From the NCBI GenBank assembly GCA_031404115.1, contig JANNGX010000021.1:1-59762 (forward strand): DNA of 59,762 nt, read 5' to 3'. The notes under the pieces are model-generated. The model was given only the letters and a program-made list of their open reading frames with translations, made no database searches and was not told the origin of the DNA. The translations under genes were made by a program, and so were the position numbers. This document shows positions 9,099 through 17,418 of the stretch, piece by piece (position 1 is the first letter of the stretch; each line of letters begins with the position of its first letter). Source of the stretch: Gemmatimonadales bacterium. GTDB lineage: Bacteria > Gemmatimonadota > Gemmatimonadetes > Gemmatimonadales > GWC2-71-9.

Positions 9099-10523
9099 TC
9101 ACTGTTTGTCCTCCACCCACCACTGGGACAGCGTCACCAATTCACCGCGGAGGTCCATGTGAATTCCCTGAACCCGGCGGTTGATACCCTGCACGCCGCG
9201 GGCGTGATAGAGAAACACCGCGGGCACCGAATCCTGGATCATGCGGAGAAGGTTCTCGCTCGAACCGTCGGCGCGCAAACCGGCCAGAGCAACGAGGCGC
9301 GCCAGGTGGCCGAGTCCCAGGTCTCCCGAGAAGCCGAGCACGGCGGCGTCGAAATCATGTAAGGGCCCTTCGACCCGATCCAGGTAGGTGGAGAGCTCGA
9401 GCTGGCGAATCTCGGCGCGCACGCCGGTGGCTTGCAGCTGGGCCTGGAGCATCTGCTCGAGGGCGGCCTCGCCGCTGCCGACCGTGAGCATTTCGAATCG
9501 GACGCCGGCATCCCGCAAGAACGTCACATCCGCCCGGACCACTTCCTGGGAATCCCCCGGGGCGGCGAGCGGCGGTGGCAATGGACCCGCGGCGGGGGTG
9601 CCGAATCCGAAGAGTACCCCGTCCACGACCGCCCGACGATCGATCGCGCCATCGAGCGCCCTGCGCGCCGCGAGCCGATCGAACGGCGGCCGGCGGGTAT
9701 TGAGCAGCAATGCATAACTATAGAGCAGCGGGTAGCTGAGTACCCGGAGCCGCGGATTCCGCCGTACGAATTCCGCATGGGCGGGATTGATGCCGGCCAG
9801 ATCGAGCTCACCCGAGGTGAGCGCGGCGAGCTTGGTGGTCGGTTCATCGACCACAGCCACCACGAAGCGTTCCAGCCGCGGCGGGCCGCCCAGTGCCGTG
9901 GGGAAATCCGGATTCCGGACGAAGATCCAGCGCCGGTTGGCCTCGTGGCCCACGAACTTGAAGGGACCGTTGCCAACGGGATGCTGGTTCCAGGCCGCGT
10001 GGCGCAACTCCCCCCGCGGCACGGTGTCGAGCAGGTGCCGCGGCAGCATGGCCAGATCAGTGAGCACGTCGGGAATTCGTGGCATGGATCTGGAGAACTG
10101 CAGTACCAATGTCGTGTCGTCCGGTGCAACGGCGGAGAGGAGCGCCGCCAGATCGGTTTGACGAGGGTACCCGGTGGCGGGCGCGCGGGCCGCATCGAGG
10201 GTCCAGGCCGCGTCCCGCGCCGTCGTGGGAGCTCCGTCGTGCCAGGAGAGTCCGGAAAAAATGTCCATGGTAATCGAGGTGCTATCAGGCGACCAGCGCC
10301 ATGAGCGGGCCAGATACGGAACGGGCGTGAGCGCGCTGTCGGAGCGGACCAGGGTCACCAGCAGCGCGTAACGCTGCACCTGCCGGGCCAGAGGATGCGT
10401 GGTCAGAAGCGGGTTGGCACTCTGGAGATCCGCCCCCGAGGCCAGGATGACGGTGTTGGCTCGCCGAGGCGCACTGGAACAGGCGAGGGCAAGGAGTACC
10501 AGGCACAGGATCTGGCGGCGCAC
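9099..10523 (-). CDS. ABC transporter substrate-binding protein, family 5 (peptide/oligosaccharide type)
   Basis: Only the C-terminal ~475 aa of track ORF 9099..11981 look like protein. That part begins with a signal/lipoprotein-like LSVRRQILCLVLLALACSS, then ANTVILASGADLQSANPLL...RSWRWSPD. Start GTG 10523 or TTG 10529. The rest of the track ORF is antisense to the permease genes. Confidence 0.7.
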   Translation of the reverse strand: MRRQILCLVLLALACSSAPRRANTVILASGADLQSANPLLTTHPLARQVQRYALLVTLVRSDSALTPVPYLARSWRWSPDSTSITMDIFSGLSWHDGAPTTARDAAWTLDAARAPATGYPRQTDLAALLSAVAPDDTTLVLQFSRSMPRIPDVLTDLAMLPRHLLDTVPRGELRHAAWNQHPVGNGPFKFVGHEANRRWIFVRNPDFPTALGGPPRLERFVVAVVDEPTTKLAALTSGELDLAGINPAHAEFVRRNPRLRVLSYPLLYSYALLLNTRRPPFDRLAARRALDGAIDRRAVVDGVLFGFGTPAAGPLPPPLAAPGDSQEVVRADVTFLRDAGVRFEMLTVGSGEAALEQMLQAQLQATGVRAEIRQLELSTYLDRVEGPLHDFDAAVLGFSGDLGLGHLARLVALAGLRADGSSENLLRMIQDSVPAVFLYHARGVQGINRRVQGIHMDLRGELVTLSQWWVEDKQ

Positions 10524-10556
10524 GCTCAAGTGTACACCGGGAGTAGATTCTCCGGC

Positions 10557-11528
10557 ATGCCTCGGGGAATCCTGCACGGCCTGCTGCGCGGCGTGGCCGT
10601 GGTACTGGGCGTCGTGACGCTGACCTTTCTCCTGTTGCGCCTGGCCCCCGGCGATCCGGTGCAGCGCCTGCTGGGGCCGGCCGCCAGCCTGGAACAGGTC
10701 GAGTCGGCCCGGCACACGTTGGGCCTCGACCGCCCGCTCGCCGAGCAGTATGCGCAATGGCTGGGCCGCGCGCTCCGGGGAGACTTCGGGCGGAGCATCG
10801 CGCACGGTCGTCCGGCCGCCGCGCTCCTGGGGGAGGCGTGGCCCGCCACCGCGCTTCTGGTCTCGCTCTCCATTCTGCTGAGCTGGACCGGCGGTATCGC
10901 GATCGGCGCGCTGCTGGCCAACACCCGCCGTCGCGGGGTGGATGCGCTGGGCTCGGCCCTCGCCGTGGCCTTGAACGCAATGCCGGGCTACTGGCTCGGC
11001 CTGGTACTGGTGATGGTCTTCACCTATCAGCTGGGCCTGCTGCCCGCGTTCGGTGCCGCCGGTCTCGACGCGGAATTCCTGAGCGGGCCGGCCGGCCTGG
11101 CCGATCGCCTCCGGCATTTGGCGCTGCCGCTCACGACGCTCACGCTGATCGGGCTGGGTGGCACTGCGCGGTTCTCCCGCGCCGCGATGCGGGAGCTGCG
11201 CGGCGCCCCGTTCATCGTGTCCGCACGGGCCCGGGGACTGTCGGAATCCCGGGTGGTGGTCCGTCACCAGCTGCGCAACGCGCTGGTTCCCATCATCACG
11301 CTGCTGGGCCTGGCTCTGCCCGCGCTGTTCTCGGGCGCGGTATTCGTCGAGGCGATTTTCGCGTGGCCCGGGGTCGGGCAGGTGCTGGTCCAGGCGGTGC
11401 AGGCGCGCGACTACCCGGTGGTGATGGCGGCGGCCACGATTAGCGCGGTGCTGGTGGTGGTGGGGAATCTGCTTGCCGAATTCCTCACGACTCTGGCCGA
11501 TCCGCGGACGCGCCATGCCGAGGGGTAG
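10557..11528 (+). CDS. ABC transporter permease (DppB/OppB-like)
   Basis: MPRGILHGLLRGVAVVLGVVTLTFLLLRLAPGDPV is the typical N-terminus of this family. Multiple hydrophobic spans. The ATG at 10557 lies 33 nt from the divergent binding-protein start. Confidence 0.8.
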   Translation: MPRGILHGLLRGVAVVLGVVTLTFLLLRLAPGDPVQRLLGPAASLEQVESARHTLGLDRPLAEQYAQWLGRALRGDFGRSIAHGRPAAALLGEAWPATALLVSLSILLSWTGGIAIGALLANTRRRGVDALGSALAVALNAMPGYWLGLVLVMVFTYQLGLLPAFGAAGLDAEFLSGPAGLADRLRHLALPLTTLTLIGLGGTARFSRAAMRELRGAPFIVSARARGLSESRVVVRHQLRNALVPIITLLGLALPALFSGAVFVEAIFAWPGVGQVLVQAVQARDYPVVMAAATISAVLVVVGNLLAEFLTTLADPRTRHAEG

Positions 11529-12363
11529 CCGGTTGGCGCTCTGGCGCGATGCGAAGGGCCGCGTCGGTGTCGTGATTCTCCTCGGGGTGACCGCGCTGGC
11601 GTTGTTGGCGCCGCTGGTGTCTCCGGTGGGCCCCGATACCCAGACGGACGTGGTGCAGACCCGATTCCTGCCCCCCGGCGCCACCGACGTGCACCAGATC
11701 TTCCATCTACTGGGAACCGACCGACTCGGCCGGGACGTCTGGGCCCGCCTGGTGCACGGTGCCAGGATCTCGCTGACGGTCGGGCTGCTGGGCATGGCGG
11801 TGTCGCTGCTGATCGGTCTTGCCGTCGGCACGGCGGCCGCCTCGGGGCCGCGTCGGGTCGCGCCGCTGCTCCTGGGGGTGACCGACTTCGCGCTGGGCAT
11901 CCCACGGGTGGTGCTGCTGTTGTTGCTCGCATCGCTGTGGAAACCCAGCGCGGTTCTCGTCGTCGTGGTGCTGGGCGTCACCGGGTGGATGCCGGTAGCT
12001 CGGCTGGTTTATGCGGAAACCCGCGCTCAGCTGGCGCGGCCGTATGTGGAGGCGGTGGCGGCGCTGGGCGCCGGGAAGCTCCGGATTTTGGTGCGACACG
12101 CCTTGCCTAACGGGATGGCCTCAGTGCTCGCGCTCGCGACGCTCGGCGTCGGCAACGCGATCACGCTCGAGGCTGGCCTCTCGTTCCTCGGGCTGGGCGT
12201 CCAGCCCCCGGCCGCATCGTGGGGCTCCATGATCGCTTCGGGGCGGGACACGGTGGTCAACGCGCCGTGGGTAGGATTGGCGCCGGGAGTGGCGCTGGTG
12301 CTGGTGGTGATCGGATGTACGCTGGTGTCGGATGCGGTGCGGGAGCGGGGAACTCAGGCTTGA
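11515..12363 (+). CDS. ABC transporter permease (DppC/OppC-like)
   Basis: The ATG at 11515 overlaps the end of the preceding permease. VGVVILLGVTALALLAPLVSP and HLLGTDRLGRDVWARLVHGARISL are family-typical. Confidence 0.8.
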   Translation: MPRGSRLALWRDAKGRVGVVILLGVTALALLAPLVSPVGPDTQTDVVQTRFLPPGATDVHQIFHLLGTDRLGRDVWARLVHGARISLTVGLLGMAVSLLIGLAVGTAAASGPRRVAPLLLGVTDFALGIPRVVLLLLLASLWKPSAVLVVVVLGVTGWMPVARLVYAETRAQLARPYVEAVAALGAGKLRILVRHALPNGMASVLALATLGVGNAITLEAGLSFLGLGVQPPAASWGSMIASGRDTVVNAPWVGLAPGVALVLVVIGCTLVSDAVRERGTQA

Positions 12364-14732
12364 GGAATTCGCGGTGACGAGGGCCGACCGTTCCGCTGGA
12401 AGACCGAGACGACCGGGAGGAACGCGTCCTCCCAGTATTCCTGCAGGCGCTCCGGGCTCGCTAGCGCGTCGGCCCCGACGATCAGCGCCAGCTCGATGGT
12501 GTGCGTCCCAAGCTCCTCGGCGAGCGGAGTTGGCTCGGGCCAGGCAGCGTGCCCGGGACGCTCGGGTAAATCGTTCCGCGAAAGCTCCCCCACCGAGCGC
12601 AGGAGCGTGACGACCAGGTCCCGTTGCGCCGTCCATTCGTACTCGAAGAATCCCGGAGCCAGCACCGCGAGCCCCCGGATGTCCGTGCCCGCCGCGACGA
12701 ACCGCTGCGCCGGCGCCGTGCGACTTGGCCGCTCGATGGCGCCCTCGTGGCCCTCGGCTTCGACTGCCCCGCGCCGCGCCACGCCGAGCGCGGTGCCGGC
12801 GATCGCATCCTCCCCCCCGCCGACCGGGAACCAGGCGCGGAGCCGGTGATCGAGGGCGGCGTTCTCCACGTCCAGTCGGATCCGGACGGTCGGAGCGTCC
12901 GCCAGGAGCGTCACGACCTGCCGAACTCCGATCTCCCCTTGGCCCGCCGATTTCATTGTCCAGCGGGTCTCGAGCGCTCCAACCAGCGGCCCGCCGGCCA
13001 GGATACTCTGTCGAATCGGGCGCTGTTCCCGAACGGTGCGTCCCGAGCCGCGGGAGAAAGTGTAGAGATCTCCGGCATCCGGCTCATCCTCGAGTCGGCA
13101 CAGCCCCGCACAACGGACTCCGGTGCGTCGGTCGTCCAGGGTCAGTTCCCCTCCGCGTGAGACGGTCACCTGCAGGAACCGATTCGCGAGGAAATCCCGC
13201 CCGGCCACGAGCCCCTCGACGGGCGGAGCGATTCTCCCGGAACGGGGTGTCAGCACCGAGTGGGCGAGGCCCGGAAGCTCCGGCGTCCGGAATGCGACCC
13301 AGACCCGGTCCACCTCGTCCTGATCGGGATAATGCCGCATCGCATCGAGCCGCTCCTGCTCGTGCCGCACCGCCAGGATTTGCACCGGAATTCTCTCCCC
13401 CGATGCGGAGAACAGCGCGAAGGGCTCATGTCCTTTTCCGGTCCGCACCGCCCGGTCCGACGGGGGACCCACGAGCACGTCGCTCCGGAAGAAGGTAAGC
13501 GCCGCAGTCATGACCCCCACTCTGGCTCGCTCGGACGGGTTCCAGAGCACCAGCCGATGCGCTTCCGGTTCGACGCATTCGCGCGCGCGGTCTGGATCGT
13601 GCCGGCTGATGTGCCACAGGCTCCGGGACGCCACCTCCCGGCACAACGCGGAAACCGTGTCGAGGCGCACCTCCTGCTCTTTCTGCACATCGTCGCTCGT
13701 GGTGCCGGCCAGCGTGTCGTGGAACTGGCATTGCAACAGCGTTCGCCAGGCGAGCCGGAGCAGTCCGCTCCGGTCGCTCCCGCCCTTCTCCAGCGCGAGC
13801 CGCGCCAGCGGCTCGGCGATCCGGGAGAGGGAAAGCTCAAGCTGGGACACCCGCCGCTTGAGTCGCGCGCGGGTGGCCTGCACGTCCTGCAGCACCCAGG
13901 TATGGCCATCGATCCGGCGCAGTTCTCCCCGTCCGGCCGGCGCGTCCGGCCGGGCGCCCTCGACCGCGCTGAAAAACTCGGTGAGACCGCTGATGCGCAC
14001 CAGGTGCCCCTCCTCGATCGCCTGGAGCCGGTCGCGCAAGGCGGCGACGTTGCGCACCATCGCGTGATGATCGGCGCCCAGGAACACGGCGATCTGATCG
14101 GAAACTGCGCGATCCACCAGCTCCCTTCGAATCGGTGCCCAGGCCTGCTCCAGGTCGGCTCCCATCCTGGCGAGATTGATGGCGATGTCGTAGCCCCCGG
14201 TCGGCAAGTGATACACCAGAAGCCTTTCGCCGGTCGCAGCCTCCCAGCGGTAGAGGTCGCGGTCCACGCCTCCGGGCCGCCCCAGTCCCCGGCGGATCAC
14301 GGCCCAGCGAATCCCGAATTCCGCCGCGAGCTTCGGCAGCTCCGCGGGATGGCCGAACGCGTCAGGACTGTAGAGCACGTCGAGGCGCCGGCCGAAGGGT
14401 CTCGCGTCCCTGAGGCCCTCCGCCAGATTCCGGCGGAGCGACTCCGGTCCGGGAATCAGGAGGTCCGAGAGGATGTACCAGGGGCCGATTTCCAGTGCGC
14501 CGCGCTGAACCAGTGCCGCGATCCGCTTCTGGTTCTCCGGCTTCACGGCCAGGTAGTCCTCCAGCAGTACCGTCTGGCCATCGAGCACGAAGCGTGCGTC
14601 GCTGTCGCGCTCGAGCTGCTCCAGCACCTCATCGACGACCGGAACCAGACGCGCCTGGAACGCCGCGCGGGTGAGATACCACTCGCGGTCCCAGTGGGTG
14701 TGGGGGATCAGGTGAAAGGTGAGCGGAGCCAC
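12354..14732 (-). CDS. Glycoside hydrolase family 38 (alpha-mannosidase-like), cytoplasmic
   Basis: FHLIPHTHWDREWYLT near the N-terminus, then GADHH and a long GH38-like body. The likely GTG start at 14732 shares one base with the upstream TAG (GTAGTG). No signal peptide. Confidence 0.75.
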   Translation of the reverse strand: MAPLTFHLIPHTHWDREWYLTRAAFQARLVPVVDEVLEQLERDSDARFVLDGQTVLLEDYLAVKPENQKRIAALVQRGALEIGPWYILSDLLIPGPESLRRNLAEGLRDARPFGRRLDVLYSPDAFGHPAELPKLAAEFGIRWAVIRRGLGRPGGVDRDLYRWEAATGERLLVYHLPTGGYDIAINLARMGADLEQAWAPIRRELVDRAVSDQIAVFLGADHHAMVRNVAALRDRLQAIEEGHLVRISGLTEFFSAVEGARPDAPAGRGELRRIDGHTWVLQDVQATRARLKRRVSQLELSLSRIAEPLARLALEKGGSDRSGLLRLAWRTLLQCQFHDTLAGTTSDDVQKEQEVRLDTVSALCREVASRSLWHISRHDPDRARECVEPEAHRLVLWNPSERARVGVMTAALTFFRSDVLVGPPSDRAVRTGKGHEPFALFSASGERIPVQILAVRHEQERLDAMRHYPDQDEVDRVWVAFRTPELPGLAHSVLTPRSGRIAPPVEGLVAGRDFLANRFLQVTVSRGGELTLDDRRTGVRCAGLCRLEDEPDAGDLYTFSRGSGRTVREQRPIRQSILAGGPLVGALETRWTMKSAGQGEIGVRQVVTLLADAPTVRIRLDVENAALDHRLRAWFPVGGGEDAIAGTALGVARRGAVEAEGHEGAIERPSRTAPAQRFVAAGTDIRGLAVLAPGFFEYEWTAQRDLVVTLLRSVGELSRNDLPERPGHAAWPEPTPLAEELGTHTIELALIVGADALASPERLQEYWEDAFLPVVSVFQRNGRPSSPRIPQA

Positions 14733-16108
14733 TACTCCGCGAGAATCTTGAGGTTGGCGCGTTGCTCGGGCTGGAGCGCGCTGGGCTTGCCCAGCACCCT
14801 TCGCACGAACGCATCCCACCAATCAACTGTGGGCTCGCCATCGCGGTACTCGGCCAGCGCGGCCCAGGTCCGTTCGTGAATCTCCCGGGCGCGCTCCAAC
14901 GCCTGCTCGGTCGAGACGCCTTCCCGTTTGAGCCACCGGCGGCCGATCTGGGCATGGAGCACCTCGTCGGCCCAGTCGTAGTCGTGGAAGTGGGTCGAGA
15001 GAGCGTCCCCCGCTTCCAATGCGGTCTGATACTCGAAGCGTTTGCCGGTTTCCGCCGGCATCAGCGACTGTTCGATGGCATAGAGAATGGTCTGGCGCTC
15101 CAGCGGGGTGGCGTGCAGGTTGAGCCGCAGCGAAAATCCGACGTTCAGGGGAATCCTGGTCCAGTCCACCCCGCGACTCTCGAAGGCCACGGTTCCCATC
15201 ATCGCGTGCCGGCACTCGTCCCAGAGCTGTCGCGAGTAGTCCAGGTAGAACTCCCACGGCTGGCCGGTGCGCTCCACCAGGATGGACGCCATCAGCTCCG
15301 GCACATCCATCTCCAAGGTGCGCTTGGCCAGGAGCGCGAGGTTGCGCTCGTCGGCGGGCACCCGGGGATCATTGTACACCGCGTGCGGGGGAAACTCGAA
15401 ATCGTGCTGGCCGGTGAAACGCCCGTCCCGGCGGGGATGAAAGTCCGGGACGAAGGCGGCGGTGGCGCGGCTGGTCGGCGGTGGGGACGGCGATTTCGGC
15501 GCCCCACCGGCGATTCCGCCGGCGGCGTCGAGAAACGAGCGCAGGTGATCCTGCCACGCGCCCGCTCGCGCACACGCCGCGGCATCTCCGCGGGTCAGTG
15601 CGTCGAGCGCGTGCCCGGCCCACGCCAGCGCGGCCTCATGATCGAGCTGTGCCCGCTGCAGGACTCTCATGGTCGGCTGATCGACCAGCGGATTGGCGTC
15701 GGCCAGGTGGTCGCGGTAGGCCTGGGCCAGCGCCGCCCGCACCACGCCGTAACTGCCGGCGAGTAACTCGACCTCGTCTGCGGAGCGGAGCGATTCCTCC
15801 AGCAGCGCGTCGAGACCCGGATCGGGGGCGGCGTCCAGCGCCGGGACGGGATGCCGCATCTCCCCGACGCGCCGGCGGAGCCAGTCCACATGCTCGGCGT
15901 CCTGCCACTGGTGCAGTGCGTAACCACACTTCACCTCCCACCGGGGTTCGGCGGTGAGGTGGGAGAGGAGATCGATCATGAGCCGGCGCTCGGTCCACTG
16001 GTAGCGGAGCAGGCGGCGGACGCTTTCGTCGACCGGATAACCGATCCGGGCCGCCTGCGCATAGCTCGCCAGTCCCGCGAGTTCGGGGATCGATGGAACC
16101 GCCGTCAT
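14732..16108 (-). CDS. Ferritin-like diiron-carboxylate fold protein (tandem four-helix-bundle halves), function unknown
   Basis: Trimmed to ATG 16108 (MTAVPSIPELAG). The C-terminal half carries two ExxH motifs (WDECRHAMMG, WADEVLHAQIG). The N-terminal half is similar but degenerate (WQDAEHVDWL). Confidence 0.55.
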   Translation of the reverse strand: MTAVPSIPELAGLASYAQAARIGYPVDESVRRLLRYQWTERRLMIDLLSHLTAEPRWEVKCGYALHQWQDAEHVDWLRRRVGEMRHPVPALDAAPDPGLDALLEESLRSADEVELLAGSYGVVRAALAQAYRDHLADANPLVDQPTMRVLQRAQLDHEAALAWAGHALDALTRGDAAACARAGAWQDHLRSFLDAAGGIAGGAPKSPSPPPTSRATAAFVPDFHPRRDGRFTGQHDFEFPPHAVYNDPRVPADERNLALLAKRTLEMDVPELMASILVERTGQPWEFYLDYSRQLWDECRHAMMGTVAFESRGVDWTRIPLNVGFSLRLNLHATPLERQTILYAIEQSLMPAETGKRFEYQTALEAGDALSTHFHDYDWADEVLHAQIGRRWLKREGVSTEQALERAREIHERTWAALAEYRDGEPTVDWWDAFVRRVLGKPSALQPEQRANLKILAE

Positions 16109-16270
16109 AGAGTCCCTCCGCACTGAATCCGGGCCGGAACGTGACGAAAGGTACTGCGGCCAGGTGGCATGAGCCGGGAGTGGCTCGCCGCCAGGGCCCC
16201 AGTTGCGCTGGGCGGGAGGAGACGGCAAACTTGTCTCCCGCTCCCACACCTTTTCTCCCAGGACCTACGG

Positions 16271-17365
16271 ATGCCCACCATCGACCGCCTGATCGCGGGT
16301 GCGATCATCGCAGCGACTGCCTGCTCTCCCGCTCCCCAAACCGCAGGTTTCGTCTACCGTCTGGGCACGGACACCACCGCTGTGGCCTCGGCCACCCGGG
16401 CGGGCAACACGCTGGAAGGGGTGTACGTGGATCGGGTGCCCGCCACCGTGGTTACCCGGTGGAAGGCGACGCTGGGTCCCGACGACATGGTCCAGCGTCT
16501 CGAGCGGACTCAGACTCGCGGCGACAGCGTGGTCGAGAAGGTCGTCATGACCCAGGGTGCTGACTCGATGATCACCGAGCGCACCCGGGGAGACAGCGTC
16601 ATGGTCTGGCGCGCAGCGATGCCCGGCGGCGCGATGCCCCGGCACGCCACCAGTAATCCGGCGTTCCTGGAGATGTACACCCGCCGGAGCGCGGCCTCCA
16701 ATCTCGAGCGGCAGGTGATCGCCTCCGTCGGGGCGGGGGACACCACAGCAACGGTTGACACACTGGTCCGGGTGAGCGCGGATTCCTTCACGTGGGGCGC
16801 AACCGCGATCAAGGTGGATTCCGCCGGACGCATCCTCCGGATAGGGGCGAACGCGGAGCGGGCCGACCGCCTGGACATCGAGGTGCTCGCGGCCTCCTTC
16901 GGCACCAGACCGCTTGGTGCACTCTCGCCGCGCGATTCGATGATGGCCTCTGTTGGCGACGCGAACGTCCGGTTGGAGTATGGGCGTCCCTACCGCCGAG
17001 GCCGGCCGATTTTCGGAGCGTTGGTGCCCCTGGACCAGGTGTGGCGCACCGGCGCCGGAGACCCGACCTTCCTGACCACCGACCAGGACCTCATGATTGG
17101 GAACACCCCGGTGCCGGCCGGAAAGTATGCGGTCTTCACCCTTCCGACTTCGATGGGGTGGAAGCTCATCCTGAGCAAGAAAACCGGTGACGGCGCGGCC
17201 GCATACTCGGCCGACCAGGACCTGGCCCGCATCGACATGACGGTAGACTCCCTTCCCGAACCGGTAGACCAGTTCACCATTGCCATCGAAACAGCGGGCC
17301 GGAGCGGTACGCTCCGGCTGAATTGGGACCGAACCAGGGCGAGCGTTCCGATTCGGCGTCGCTAA
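16271..17365 (+). CDS. Secreted/lipoprotein DUF2911-like protein
   Basis: The ATG at 16271 gives MPTIDRLIAGAIIAATACSP (lipobox-like). The C-terminal part, LEYGRPYRRGRPIFGALVPLDQVWRTGAGDPTFLTTDQDL...GKYAVFTLP, matches my memory of DUF2911. Confidence 0.6.
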   Translation: MPTIDRLIAGAIIAATACSPAPQTAGFVYRLGTDTTAVASATRAGNTLEGVYVDRVPATVVTRWKATLGPDDMVQRLERTQTRGDSVVEKVVMTQGADSMITERTRGDSVMVWRAAMPGGAMPRHATSNPAFLEMYTRRSAASNLERQVIASVGAGDTTATVDTLVRVSADSFTWGATAIKVDSAGRILRIGANAERADRLDIEVLAASFGTRPLGALSPRDSMMASVGDANVRLEYGRPYRRGRPIFGALVPLDQVWRTGAGDPTFLTTDQDLMIGNTPVPAGKYAVFTLPTSMGWKLILSKKTGDGAAAYSADQDLARIDMTVDSLPEPVDQFTIAIETAGRSGTLRLNWDRTRASVPIRRR

Positions 17366-17418
17366 GCCGAGACCGCCCGGCGCGTTCCGCCTCCACCTGG
17401 GGTGCTATGCCCTGATCC

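Noticed and set aside
10530-11981. N-terminal ~480 aa of the 960-aa track ORF 9099..11981
   Set aside because: This part is antisense to the two ABC permease genes and reads as Arg/Gln/His-rich junk. A signal peptide and binding-protein sequence begin only at about 10523.
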